From the NCBI GenBank assembly GCA_948944455.1, contig CARBES010000001.1:981-64980 (forward strand): a stretch of DNA of 64,000 bases. The letters run 5' to 3'. Shown here piece by piece: positions 48,816 through 59,264 of this stretch. Made by a program: the position numbers and the translations under genes. Position 1 is the stretch's first letter, and the number at the start of each line of letters is the position of its first letter. The stretch is from an uncultured Candidatus Saccharibacteria bacterium (GTDB taxonomy: Bacteria; Patescibacteriota; Saccharimonadia; Saccharimonadales; Saccharimonadaceae). The notes below the pieces were generated by a model. That model was not told the DNA's origin and made no database searches. It saw only the letters and a list, made by a program, of their open reading frames with translations.

Positions 48816-49590
48816 ATGGATAAAACGTCAACCCAAGATACATCAGGACATGAGATGACACCTGGTTTGACGATGCCTCAGGGTGCCCGACGGGGGGGGG
48901 TATAACGGGGAAGAAGCGACCTCTAGTTCGCCTTTAACCTTTCATTCGGAAAATATTGGTCAATGGAGCTCGAAGCAAGAAGGGCTTTTTGATGAGCAGA
49001 ATCGCCGCGCGGCCGAGCAGATAAAACTGCGTCAGGCGAAGCTTAGAAGGCTTAGACCGTTTATTTTATCTGGTAGCGGTCTACTAGTAGTGTTAGTGAT
49101 TATTGCCTCCATAATGTTGGCGTTTATACCCGACCAGCTTCCGCCTCTACCGGGTAATATTACGCTCGGCAGTGCTGGTGCGCAAGAGGTTTCTGAAGCT
49201 GCACAGGGAATCTTTGATGACTTCTTTAAGAAACATGATTCAGGGACTTCTAGTCCATCGACTAATCCAGCACCAGAAGAGAATCAAGCTGCACTCGATG
49301 CCGTGGCGGATTATTTTGATAGACAGATTGAGCGTACAGATAATGTCTCGATCAAAATCGACCTGACCTTGATTGAAATGCAATTTTATGCCTACAAAGG
49401 TAGTCCCGAGTCGGTTTTGAAAGCCTCTCAGGACAGCGACATTAATAACATGACAGAAACCCAGGCTCAGCAATTTTTAGGTTTGCTAATTGACGCGGCG
49501 TTCGGGACGGGAAATACGGAGCTTGGGGAATATTATGTCGAGCTAGAAGATAAATTATTTCCGTATGAAGTTGAGAATGAGGAGGGCTAA
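48816..49590 (+). CDS. Membrane-anchored hypothetical protein, frameshifted at a G9 tract (main ORF 48883-49590)
   Basis: ATG 48816 follows TGCTAAAAT but stops at 48905; removing one G from 48892-48900 joins it to the 235-aa ORF. Confidence 0.6.
48892..48900 (+). repeat. G9 homopolymer (candidate phase-variation tract)
   Basis: CGGGGGGGGGTATAA at the frameshift junction. Confidence 0.6.
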
Positions 49591-52500
49591 TGAGAATAAA
49601 AAGTAAAACTAAGAAAATCGCGCTATGGTCTATAGTTGTCACTGTTGCCGTCGTAGCAGTTTGCGTGACCCCAATGATCGTAAATTTGAAAAATGTTTTT
49701 GCTTATCAGATTGTCGTTGGTAAAGAACGCCCCAATGATCGTCCTGGTACGGAATGGGCCAAGGTGGACGATGAGCAGGAATGTGTGCAGTATAGTGGAG
49801 CCGCTAATGTTGAATCGGTTAAAGAGGCTTGTCGTTTATGTTTTGATTCTAACGAAAGCGGTAGCGCGAGGGGTACGCTTTGGTTTAACAGCTCGCCCTC
49901 AGAGCGCAACACTGATGTTATAAAGGTAGAAGATCCTAGTGCTAGCACGGTAGAACTTTATTTATGGGGCCAAGTTTTTTCCTGTGCAGAATATCCATGG
50001 GATAATGATGCCTACCATATCTGGTTTGGTGGCAAGGATCAGGACACAGATATTAAGTCGCAAGCTTTGCCATATTTATCACCAAATGACGGGACGCGTA
50101 CGAAACCTCGAGGTCTAGGAACCCGCTGGTATAACTATATCTGGCTAACAGCAGTCCCTTCCCAGCCGGGATGGACTCTAGATCTCCAAGCATTCAAACA
50201 GCATAGTGACACTAAGAAAATCGGTGTAACCGAGAACGGTTATGAGCGTTATGAAGCTGAGGTGTCTGTGAATCGTTGCTATAATAATACCAAAAACGAG
50301 ATCAGCTACTATTCTTCGTCTAGAGGTGATTGTTACGGCGACAACAGTAAAATTATTCTCGAGATCGCAGCCGCTGACGACTCCAGCTTTACCTCTAAAT
50401 CCCGAGTACGGAGTAAGTCGGATACTAAAGAGTCTTCTGATTGGGGGAGAGATGCGGAGACGCTAGTGGTCACGGCTGATTCTGACGGCAAAGCTACGGT
50501 CTATTTCTCGCATAAACTCGCGTATCGTAACCCCTCCCCAGACGGCACCTATGAGGATGCCTACACTACCGACACTATCACCTTCAATGATGGTACTAAT
50601 GAAAGCTATACTGTACCGTTTTCGACGAATGGAGCTGCCAACGCCGAAACTCCGAATTGGCTAACATCTAATACTGGGATCGCGAAAACTATTACCCTAA
50701 ACAAAGAAGAAAAAGAACGGGAAATTTGTTCTACTATTACATACACTACGCGTACCGTAAAATGGAGCAAAGATACACCGCACGTAGCTGAGCCTGTCAT
50801 GGATAGCGGGAGCACAAAAGCCTGCGCAAAAGTTAAACGAGATGAAGATGAGTTGCCTAAACCGACGGGCTATTTTTACTCACAAACGTTTATTGATATA
50901 GCTGCCCAAAATGATGTTGTAAGAATGGCAGCGACGAGTGGTATTGACGGCATGATGGAAGGAGAAAATCCAGGTAAAGCCGCTTATGCCGAATTTAGTA
51001 CTGATGCTGAAATCACGAAGGTGACGTTTTATCATAAACTTAGCTATGTGAATGAATATAACTTTGCTAATAACGATATAGCACCAAAAGTTAGTACTAG
51101 CTGGAAGATTGAAGAGAACCCCTCACTAAAAGGCACGTGGGAAACTGACGGTAAGGAGAGCGCTACTTCCGATCCGATTGGTAAGGAAGAGGTCTCCGTC
51201 CACCTCAATAAAGGTGAGACGAAGCTAGTCTGCCGCACAGATTATTACACCCCGAAATATATCAAAATGAAAGTAAAAGACGGTGGAGATCATGATGGTG
51301 AAAATGGCCATAAGACCGATCATCTCTATTATGATTTTGAGATTGACGAAAAAACCGGCGAAGGCCGGTCGCAAGGCTGCGTAAAAATCACTCGCCCGAA
51401 CGATCCTGAGGGGACCCCTTGGTCTGGACGCGGTACTGACGATAGTTCGCCTATGTTTGCTGGCGAAACTGCCACAATCGGTTGGAACGTTTCCGCCGAT
51501 TCGGTACCGACGCGCCGTCTCGCCTATTATCAATCAATAAACTACCTAGTCCCAGTCACTACCCAGTATAACGCCGTATCATTGCGGCTTCAGGGTAAGC
51601 TTGGTAATCGTACGAATATCACACCGTGCAGTTTCTATCAGGGGATCTGGATTAATTCTGGCTATAACTGTGTCGAACTAGGCAGAGATTCTGAGCCGCT
51701 CAGTTATGGTCCAACTGTTGCTAAGCATGAGTATAAGAACTCACAACTCATGGCTGTTCCGAATGAAGTCGGATATAAACACTGTAATTCCGCGGGTTAC
51801 TTCTATGAGTATTGGCGTAGAGTCTGCACTATTCCGGAAGGCTGTCGATGGGTTCATGAATCTGCGAAGGACTACTGGTCGATTTATAATTCTAGCTGCC
51901 GTACCATTGCGAAAAAGCCATCCGTTGCTCTCTGGAATGGGGGATTGATGACCTCCGGCAACGATGCCAACATTACTGGAGTAATGGCTCATCGATTTGA
52001 CGCTGACGACCTCTTTGGTCGCTATGCGGATGAGTCTGGAAGTCGTACGTTATACGGGTCTTGGACCGAGCATCTAGCTACAATTGGTGGGCAAGCAACT
52101 CGCTTTGGGTCGGGCTCTGCGTTAGGGCGAGGTTTGGCTGGCGAGGAAGAATCTAGCGCTGATAAATATAGTCCGCTCACAATTACGAATACCGATTCAG
52201 AGAACCTTGGGCATTCAGGCGTTTTTAGCACTTCAACTCTTCTCACTCGACTCAGTAGCTACCTACGTGGCACTGCCGAAGGGGCTAATCCGCCAGGATA
52301 TGGCATATATGCCGGCGTGAATAGTCTCTATGATGGCTGGACTGGTACGAGAGTTGTCGATGTACACGGTTCACTCCGTATTGAGCGTAGTATTTGTACA
52401 AACGGATCAAATTCGGACGGTACGTGCCGTGCTAGCGGTCCTTACGCTGATATCTATCAAATTCCTCAAGCAATTATCTTTGTTGATGGTAACGTTGAGA

Positions 52501-52847
52501 TTGCACCGGAAGTCCGTGAAATAGATGCGTGGATTATTGCTAGCGGCGGAATCGACACCTGCGCTGGTTTTACGGTTGGTGATACAGAGACTCAAGCCAA
52601 GAATTATCCTAACGTCGAAAAAGCTATCTGTGAGAAGCAACTAAAATTCAACGGACCAGTCTTTGCTTCGCGCCTAAAGCTAAATCGTACATTTGGTTCT
52701 GACCCGAGTACTGGTAGCGCTAAATATGAACCTGCCGAAATCTTTAACCTGAGTGCAGATACCTATCTTTGGGCATACGCCCAAGCTGGTCGCTACCAAT
52801 CTAGTTATACCGAAGCCTACAGTCGCGAACTCCCACCCAGATACTAA
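49590..52847 (+). CDS. Large Cys-rich secreted/surface protein (putative adhesin)
   Basis: 1085 aa with an N-terminal signal/TM, many paired Cys, internal repeats (F.HKL.Y...C...Y...C.K..R) and a C-terminal QLKFNGPV...PAEIFNL..D.YLW. Confidence 0.75.
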   Translation: MRIKSKTKKIALWSIVVTVAVVAVCVTPMIVNLKNVFAYQIVVGKERPNDRPGTEWAKVDDEQECVQYSGAANVESVKEACRLCFDSNESGSARGTLWFNSSPSERNTDVIKVEDPSASTVELYLWGQVFSCAEYPWDNDAYHIWFGGKDQDTDIKSQALPYLSPNDGTRTKPRGLGTRWYNYIWLTAVPSQPGWTLDLQAFKQHSDTKKIGVTENGYERYEAEVSVNRCYNNTKNEISYYSSSRGDCYGDNSKIILEIAAADDSSFTSKSRVRSKSDTKESSDWGRDAETLVVTADSDGKATVYFSHKLAYRNPSPDGTYEDAYTTDTITFNDGTNESYTVPFSTNGAANAETPNWLTSNTGIAKTITLNKEEKEREICSTITYTTRTVKWSKDTPHVAEPVMDSGSTKACAKVKRDEDELPKPTGYFYSQTFIDIAAQNDVVRMAATSGIDGMMEGENPGKAAYAEFSTDAEITKVTFYHKLSYVNEYNFANNDIAPKVSTSWKIEENPSLKGTWETDGKESATSDPIGKEEVSVHLNKGETKLVCRTDYYTPKYIKMKVKDGGDHDGENGHKTDHLYYDFEIDEKTGEGRSQGCVKITRPNDPEGTPWSGRGTDDSSPMFAGETATIGWNVSADSVPTRRLAYYQSINYLVPVTTQYNAVSLRLQGKLGNRTNITPCSFYQGIWINSGYNCVELGRDSEPLSYGPTVAKHEYKNSQLMAVPNEVGYKHCNSAGYFYEYWRRVCTIPEGCRWVHESAKDYWSIYNSSCRTIAKKPSVALWNGGLMTSGNDANITGVMAHRFDADDLFGRYADESGSRTLYGSWTEHLATIGGQATRFGSGSALGRGLAGEEESSADKYSPLTITNTDSENLGHSGVFSTSTLLTRLSSYLRGTAEGANPPGYGIYAGVNSLYDGWTGTRVVDVHGSLRIERSICTNGSNSDGTCRASGPYADIYQIPQAIIFVDGNVEIAPEVREIDAWIIASGGIDTCAGFTVGDTETQAKNYPNVEKAICEKQLKFNGPVFASRLKLNRTFGSDPSTGSAKYEPAEIFNLSADTYLWAYAQAGRYQSSYTEAYSRELPPRY

Positions 52848-52851
52848 TTCA

Positions 52852-54705
52852 CTATTTTCGTAGATATCTTAGCGCATCTGAATTATCTTGTAGATGCCGC
52901 TTGAGGGCTGCCTGAGCTGCCTTTGCGTTCTCGGGTTTACCTTTCCAGGTCTGCATTACTGGATCTTGCAAAGCTTGCCCAAAAGCGAAAGTGATTGGCC
53001 AAGCAAACGGTCCATTTTGGCAAGTTGCAGCCAGGTTCTTTGTTGCTGTTTTTTCCTCTTGACCACCACTTAATAGTAATACCCCAGCAAGATATTTTGG
53101 CACTGCATGCTTCAAAATGGCCGCGGTAGCAATGCCGACTTCACTATTCGTCGCAGGTATCACGGCGTCTCTGCCAGTCATGACCATGTTCGTTTTCAAA
53201 ATGCAACCGCCCAAGTCCACTCGTCTCTCGGCTAAGCGCTCAAAAATCGTCGCAAGTACTCGATCGGTCACCTCTACGCTGCGCTCAATTGTGTAATTTC
53301 CACCCATTGAAATATCCGACTCTACGACCGGAACTAATCCAGCTAACTGACATTCCTTGGCAAAACTAGCTAGTAGCTCTGCATTCTTGTTGATTGCGAT
53401 AAAAGTCGGCCAGTCTTTGGTGACTTCAAACCTTGCTCGCCATTTTGCAAAGCGAAAGCCCTGTGCGTAGTAATGTCGTAATCTCTCTTGTAGCATCTCT
53501 AGCCCCAGCGTCATAACTTCGCCAGTTTCGGCCATTTTTACTAGACCTTTATCAACTTTAATTCCCGGAATCAGCCCGCGGTAAATCAAGTGTTCAGCGA
53601 AAGTGCGTCCCTGGCTGGTTTTTTGCCGCGCTAGCTCATCGGAGATAATCACGCCACTTGTATAGTCTCTCAGTTCTGGCGTGGTTAGCAAAATTTCCAT
53701 GAAGGTGCGCCGCTTCTCTGCGGTCGCCGCAACTCCAGCTTTCAGCATCCGCTCGGATAAAGTTTGTGCCGACTGGTCGGCAGCCAAAACCCCTTTACCT
53801 CGTTCGAACAGTGATTGCGCGATTAGCTTTAAGTTTGCTCGCTTTTCAAGCTCGGCCTTAGCTAACTCTTTGAGCCTGCGTGCCGTCAGGGAACCTTCTA
53901 GCGTTGCCTGCTCGGCGTTCAGCCGCGCCCATAAGACCGCACTCTCTGGCGAACCTCCGACCGACAGAACGCCCAGCACGGTCGCCACGATCGTTGAATA
54001 AACCGTTAAATGCGTTAGCATATCAGTTCGACTCAGACTCCAACTTTCCTCGGCCTCACCTAGAGAGATTTTACGTGGACTAATATGACAAACAAGCTGC
54101 GTATTTGGCTGGTCAAGTTCCGTTTTATCAACAATCTTTTCTTCGGTATGTACGGCTGGTTCATCTTCAAGGAAAAGCACGTCTGCCATATCAGCCAGGC
54201 GCTGCCCCACGGGCGTCATCTTTTTCTCGGCATGCACTGCAAGCTTAGTTGCTGGCGAAAACTTAATGAAGTTTTTAATCTCATCGACTAATTTTTCCGA
54301 AACATTTGTTGAGCGGTCGACCAAGATCCATTCCGGTGTGCCGCTCGGCATTGCCCAATCTGTTACCTTACGCTTGCTTGGTACGAAATAAGTAATCTCG
54401 CCCTCACGGCAAAAAATGTATCGATAATCCGACGGCTGGTCGAGCCAGACCAACTCGCCATTTTTAAACTCGGTTTTTGAGTTCAGAATTCCAGCATCAA
54501 CGCCTAACCGGCTCAACACTGCGAGCGATACTGCCGCGCCGCCATACACGCTCGTACGGTGATAGAAAGTATGGGCCGCTCCGTTAAAAGCAAGATCGAG
54601 CCACCGAATGTTGTTCTCATCGGTTTCGAAATCGTTCTGAGGACCGTCATCTAGTTTAAGGTATACATCTTTTAGCACGTTCCCAATAATCAAAATCTTG
54701 CTCAT
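52852..54705 (-). CDS. Fusion: degenerate PfkB/ribokinase-like domain plus class I fructose-bisphosphate aldolase
   Basis: N-terminal IGNVLKDVYL...GGAAVS; C-terminal KGVLAADQS, PGIKVDKG, RFAKWR, LKTNMV, LLSGGQ. Confidence 0.82.
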   Translation of the reverse strand: MSKILIIGNVLKDVYLKLDDGPQNDFETDENNIRWLDLAFNGAAHTFYHRTSVYGGAAVSLAVLSRLGVDAGILNSKTEFKNGELVWLDQPSDYRYIFCREGEITYFVPSKRKVTDWAMPSGTPEWILVDRSTNVSEKLVDEIKNFIKFSPATKLAVHAEKKMTPVGQRLADMADVLFLEDEPAVHTEEKIVDKTELDQPNTQLVCHISPRKISLGEAEESWSLSRTDMLTHLTVYSTIVATVLGVLSVGGSPESAVLWARLNAEQATLEGSLTARRLKELAKAELEKRANLKLIAQSLFERGKGVLAADQSAQTLSERMLKAGVAATAEKRRTFMEILLTTPELRDYTSGVIISDELARQKTSQGRTFAEHLIYRGLIPGIKVDKGLVKMAETGEVMTLGLEMLQERLRHYYAQGFRFAKWRARFEVTKDWPTFIAINKNAELLASFAKECQLAGLVPVVESDISMGGNYTIERSVEVTDRVLATIFERLAERRVDLGGCILKTNMVMTGRDAVIPATNSEVGIATAAILKHAVPKYLAGVLLLSGGQEEKTATKNLAATCQNGPFAWPITFAFGQALQDPVMQTWKGKPENAKAAQAALKRHLQDNSDALRYLRK

Positions 54706-54940
54706 ATCTTTATTGTAGCACATTTTTCCTTAGCATAAAGATTATTGAACTGCTTGTCGCTCAAGTAGTATCTATGCTACAATGAAAATGCTAAATCAAA
54801 CAGTTTTATCTAAGCCAATTATGGTTGCAATGCGGCTATTTACGCAGTTTCCCGTAATTGGTGAGCTGTTTGGTTTAGCGACTAAGTAAATAGTCGCATT
54901 TTTGTTGCGAAATGCGGCACAAAAACTAATGGAGGTATTT

Positions 54941-55447
54941 ATGAAATATAAAACGTTTATTTTTGCCGCTTTGCTCTTGATGATAGGCTTTGGTGGATTT
55001 GGTATCACACGATCAGCATCTGCTGTTATGTGTCCTCCAGGTTCGGAAAGAAACAAAACTGGTACTGTGCCAGTTGATGTCCCAGATATCAATAGTGTTG
55101 CACAGTGCAGCCTACCAAAGGAAGAAGCGAAAGGTGGGCTCATGAATAATGTTACAAAAGTAATTAACACTATCCTGGGCGTCCTTGGCATTGTAGCTGT
55201 CGTTGTTATTATAATTGGTGGAATTGGGTTCATTACTTCACAAGGTGATAGCGGTAAAGTTATCAAAGCGAAAAACACTATTCTTTATGGCGTAATCGGC
55301 ATGGTAGTTGCCCTTTTGGCATATGCAATCGTAAACTTCGTATTGAATGGTATCTTCGGTAGCAATCCCTCAACCAGCGGTTCGGTCCGTAAGACTTCGC
55401 TGATCGCTACCGATGATATCGGAACAATTGAAATTACCGAAGCTTAA
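54941..55447 (+). CDS. Pilin (Saccharibacteria TrbC/VirB2-like T4SS_pilin family)
   Basis: GGAGG RBS, signal peptide and GIVAVVVIIIGGIGFITSQGDSGKVIKAKNTILYGVIG. Confidence 0.85.
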   Translation: MKYKTFIFAALLLMIGFGGFGITRSASAVMCPPGSERNKTGTVPVDVPDINSVAQCSLPKEEAKGGLMNNVTKVINTILGVLGIVAVVVIIIGGIGFITSQGDSGKVIKAKNTILYGVIGMVVALLAYAIVNFVLNGIFGSNPSTSGSVRKTSLIATDDIGTIEITEA

Positions 55448-55466
55448 AACAACCTTAAAACACAGC

Positions 55467-55495
55467 AAAATATCCGCCCTAAGAGCGGATATTTT
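55467..55495. terminator. Bidirectional terminator
   Basis: AAAATATCCGC...GCGGATATTTT between the convergent pilin and rpmA genes. Confidence 0.7.
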
Positions 55496-55511
55496 AATAG
55501 CATACTTAACC

Positions 55512-55784
55512 TTAGCGAACTTCAACACGTACGCGTGGCACGTTACGTCCAGAGAAGTGAGACTTCTTCGTTTTGACGAAAGTAACAACGCCATCTTTTG
55601 CTGCGTGAATCGTGAAATTGCGGCTCATGTAAGTACCTGGACCGGCAATCTTGGTGCTACCAGTTTGGCGAACGAGAACTTCGCCATTTTTGACTTTTTG
55701 GCCACCAAAGCGCTTCACGCCGAGGCGTTGGCCAGCGTTATTATGGATATTTTTAGCGGTACCGCCAGCTTTGACATGTGACAT
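55512..55784 (-). CDS. rpmA: 50S ribosomal protein L27
   Basis: MSHVKAGG...RLGVKRFGGQ...VRQTG. Confidence 0.96.
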   Translation of the reverse strand: MSHVKAGGTAKNIHNNAGQRLGVKRFGGQKVKNGEVLVRQTGSTKIAGPGTYMSRNFTIHAAKDGVVTFVKTKKSHFSGRNVPRVRVEVR

Positions 55785-55785
55785 A

Positions 55786-56931
55786 CTATTTCTTCCTTAA
55801 AACTATTATTTCTCGAGCAACCACCTGTCCTTCACGGTGATAAAGCAGGTCTTTTTGCTCCAAATTCTTAAAACTTACTACATTATAGCGCAGATTTTTA
55901 ATTTCGTCAAGCAAGTTTAGCCTTGAGTAATACCCATCTGGCCTGAGCCACGCTGGCACCGCAATTACCACCGGCGTTTCGGTCTCGATCTGGTCAGCTA
56001 GGTTCTTCAAAAACCCTAGGATAATACCTCTGCACTCTTGCTTTTCTTGCTTTAGCTTAATTTCGGCTGGGGGTTGCGACATTGGTTGCCCGAGATAAGT
56101 CTCGCAGGCTACCAAATCGACCTTTTCTGGCCACTTGAAACTTGTAGCGTCGCCTTGCACGACATGGGCCTCTTCGAGCTTTGGGATATTGTATTTCTCG
56201 CTGGCCCATCTCAAGTTTCGCTTAGTATATTCTACCATCCGCTCACTCAGATCCGAGCCGATTACGTTGTATCTCATCAGTGCCGCCTCTTGTAGTACTA
56301 CGCCGGTTCCGCAAAATGGGTCTAGGAGCGTCGAAGCTTCTGGCTTATCTCCGCAGAGATTAATCAAGATCTGGGCTAATTTCGGCGGCAACATTCCTAC
56401 TTTTGCGTCGCGTGCTGGCCTTGCTCGGTCGCGCTCGGTGTAGGCGTCAATATCTTGCACCCCAGTCACACGATAGTAGTTATTCCCATTCTTAATTAAC
56501 TCAATATGAGTGTTGGTATAGAGCCGGTTATGTAGGCTAGTTGCGCTCGAAAGAGCAGAAGTTTTATTAGGAATCACGCGCACGTTTCGGCCAGTCTTTA
56601 CGATTGCTCGTTTCCAACGCAAAGCTTCCTTTTGAGCAAGATACGGGTTTGTGCGCCGTGAATAATCGGATACCCCCAGTACAATCTTACCAGTCTCGGG
56701 TAGTTTCTTCCAGAACTCTGCTAACGGCTCGTCGATTGACTCAGCAATTTTTATCGTTCCGCCAAGACGTTGAATCGCTGGATATTTTTCGGATTTAGTA
56801 AGAGACGACTTTTTATCTATCTCAAATTCTGCTAGGTTCGGCCCCACTTGGCGTACATTGCAGTACAAGCTTTCTAATTCCGCGAGCGAAATTTTAGGTT
56901 GGCGTCCAAGTACGGCAAGAAAACGTTTCAT
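55786..56931 (-). CDS. Trm11-like SAM-dependent RNA methyltransferase
   Basis: GMLPPKLAQILIN, LLDPFCGTGVVLQEA, GSD, GDA. Confidence 0.8.
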   Translation of the reverse strand: MKRFLAVLGRQPKISLAELESLYCNVRQVGPNLAEFEIDKKSSLTKSEKYPAIQRLGGTIKIAESIDEPLAEFWKKLPETGKIVLGVSDYSRRTNPYLAQKEALRWKRAIVKTGRNVRVIPNKTSALSSATSLHNRLYTNTHIELIKNGNNYYRVTGVQDIDAYTERDRARPARDAKVGMLPPKLAQILINLCGDKPEASTLLDPFCGTGVVLQEAALMRYNVIGSDLSERMVEYTKRNLRWASEKYNIPKLEEAHVVQGDATSFKWPEKVDLVACETYLGQPMSQPPAEIKLKQEKQECRGIILGFLKNLADQIETETPVVIAVPAWLRPDGYYSRLNLLDEIKNLRYNVVSFKNLEQKDLLYHREGQVVAREIIVLRKK

Positions 56932-56971
56932 TATCCTTCCATTATATCATACATCATGCTATAATTCACCC

Positions 56972-58051
56972 ATGGCTAAGACTAAAACTGAACCAAAAAA
57001 GTTCAAAATCTCTTTTCGCACTGTCCTCTCTTTACTGACATTTGCATTAATTATCTATGTAATTTATAAAAACTTTAATGATATCAAGGAAGCTGTTGGA
57101 CACCTTAGCGAAACCAATATCTTCGTTCTACTGTTGTTGATCCCAGAGCAGCTTTTTATGTATTTTTGTTGCGGCCAGATGTTCTTTTCCTACATGCGCG
57201 CTAGAAAGGATGCCCAAAAGATTTCAACTTGGACCCTAATGCGGGTATCACTAGAGCTAAACTTCGTCAATCATGCTGTTCCGGCCGGTGGTCTTGGCGG
57301 ACTTGGTTATATCACCTGGCGGCTCAAACCATTTGGCGCTACTCCTGGCCAATCTAGTTTTATGTATGTCTTGCGCTATATTATTACGATTTGCGCCAAT
57401 CAACTTCAGACGATCGTAGCGATTATTGCCTTGCTGATTTTTGGCACCGTGCCAGAAGCGGGTGTCTGGATAATTTGGGTGACAGCGCTTCTGAGCGTGG
57501 GTATCGTAGCGGCAATTATGATTGCGGTGGTTATCGCAAGCAGTAAAAAACGTATTGCCTGGTTTGGTAAGACAGCGACGAATTTCATCAACTGGTTAGT
57601 CGAGAAAGTTAGCTTCGGCCGTAAGAAAGACATTTTGCAACGCGAAGTTGTCGATAAATATCTTGATGACGCGCATGGCGACCTCATGACTGCCCGCCGC
57701 AATAAGAAAATGCTGCTTTGGCCAATTGTTTGGGGTATTATATATAGCTTTCTTGAGGTTGCGACCTACTGGATCGTTGCTGCAAGCCTCGGTCATCCAG
57801 AGATCCTGCCGCAAATTATGATTGGTGAAGCGATTGGTTCGGTTATGGGGTCGATTGTGCCGTATGGGCTATACGAACTAGGTATGGCTGGCATCATGGT
57901 CAGCCTCGGTGTACCAATTGTCTTGGCAGGTACAGTTGTTCTGATGACCCGCGTTATCGTTCTCGCAAGCACGATTCTTAGCGGTTATGGTTTCTATCAA
58001 CATTCAATATCTAAGATTGGTCGCAAGCAAAAAGCTGACGAGGGCGAATGA
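56972..58051 (+). CDS. Lysylphosphatidylglycerol synthase TM / flippase-like (UPF0104) membrane protein
   Basis: Multi-TM with FVNHAVPAGG and G.YE motifs; start at the ATG after TGCTATAAT. Confidence 0.8.
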   Translation: MAKTKTEPKKFKISFRTVLSLLTFALIIYVIYKNFNDIKEAVGHLSETNIFVLLLLIPEQLFMYFCCGQMFFSYMRARKDAQKISTWTLMRVSLELNFVNHAVPAGGLGGLGYITWRLKPFGATPGQSSFMYVLRYIITICANQLQTIVAIIALLIFGTVPEAGVWIIWVTALLSVGIVAAIMIAVVIASSKKRIAWFGKTATNFINWLVEKVSFGRKKDILQREVVDKYLDDAHGDLMTARRNKKMLLWPIVWGIIYSFLEVATYWIVAASLGHPEILPQIMIGEAIGSVMGSIVPYGLYELGMAGIMVSLGVPIVLAGTVVLMTRVIVLASTILSGYGFYQHSISKIGRKQKADEGE

Positions 58052-58100
58052 TGACTACTTGCCCGGCTTGCAACTGACGGGTAAAGACGGAGGAGGTAAA

Positions 58101-59264
58101 ATGAATTTTGAGGGATTTGACGGGTGGCTTAAGGTCAAAGATGCCGAAAATAACCTCATGACCGAGAAGCCGATGTCGGTCTCGGAATTTATTGAGCAGT
58201 GTAATTTTACGCTCGAAACCGAGTATGATAATGTTTTTGTTGAAGGTGAAGTTGCTGCCTTTAAAATCAATCAGGGTAAGTGGGTCTTTTTTGATCTTAA
58301 AGAAGATGATAGTAGCTTGAACTGCTTCATGCCTCTGGGCCAACTCAGTATCGCTCTAACCGACGGTATGAAAGTTCGCATTCGTGCTACGCCTAAAGTG
58401 ACGCGTTGGGGACGTTTTTCGCTCACCGTGCGCCAGATTATGCCGGTCGGGGAGGGAAATATTAAAAAGAGTTTCGAACTTCTGAAGAAGAAACTCGCTG
58501 CCGAGGGTATTTTTGATCCGGCCAAAAAGCGTCCGCTTCCTGATAACCTAACTAGAATCGGTGTAATTTCGTCGATCAATGCGGCCGGTTATATTGATTT
58601 TTTAAAGATTCTTGACAACCGTTGGGCAGGTCTAGATATTAAGACTATTAATACTCAGGTCCAAGGTATGGCTGCGGCAGAGCAGATGATTCGGACCCTA
58701 GCCTACTTTAACCAGCGCACTGATGTCGAAGTGATTGCGATTTTGCGCGGTGGTGGTAGTGCTGACGATCTTGCCGCCTTTAATGACGAGCATCTTGCGC
58801 GAGCGATTGCGACCAGCCGCATTCCAGTGATTACGGGTATTGGGCACGAAATTGACGAAAGTCTTGCTGATCTTGCCGCTGACGTGCGCGCTTCGACGCC
58901 TTCCAACGCGGCCGAACGCCTTAGTAGAGATCGCCAAGATGTCTCGCGCCATCTCCACCTTCAAATTAGTAATCTGCGTCGAGAGCTCCTTAGTCGTGTT
59001 GATGTCGCTCTTTCGGAGAACCGTCAGCGTCTCCAAGATACTAAGCAAGAGATCCTTCAACGCCTTGAGCGTAACATGCATCACCTAGCTGAGACTCAAA
59101 AAATCCTCGCAAGTCTTAATCCAGAGAATGTCCTGCGACGCGGCTACGCTATCGTCACCTCATCTTCACCTGGTCGTCCGATCGCGCCCGGCGTCGAAAT
59201 CGTCATCACTACATCAACTCAAAATCTAACCGCGGAGGTCAAAAATGTCCAAGAACGTCACTAA
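58101..59264 (+). CDS. xseA: Exodeoxyribonuclease VII large subunit
   Basis: VEGEV, FFDLK, K+PLP....IGVIS, RGGGS..DL..FN.E, GIGHE.D, STPSNAAE; GGAGG RBS before 58101. Confidence 0.95.
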   Translation: MNFEGFDGWLKVKDAENNLMTEKPMSVSEFIEQCNFTLETEYDNVFVEGEVAAFKINQGKWVFFDLKEDDSSLNCFMPLGQLSIALTDGMKVRIRATPKVTRWGRFSLTVRQIMPVGEGNIKKSFELLKKKLAAEGIFDPAKKRPLPDNLTRIGVISSINAAGYIDFLKILDNRWAGLDIKTINTQVQGMAAAEQMIRTLAYFNQRTDVEVIAILRGGGSADDLAAFNDEHLARAIATSRIPVITGIGHEIDESLADLAADVRASTPSNAAERLSRDRQDVSRHLHLQISNLRRELLSRVDVALSENRQRLQDTKQEILQRLERNMHHLAETQKILASLNPENVLRRGYAIVTSSSPGRPIAPGVEIVITTSTQNLTAEVKNVQERH

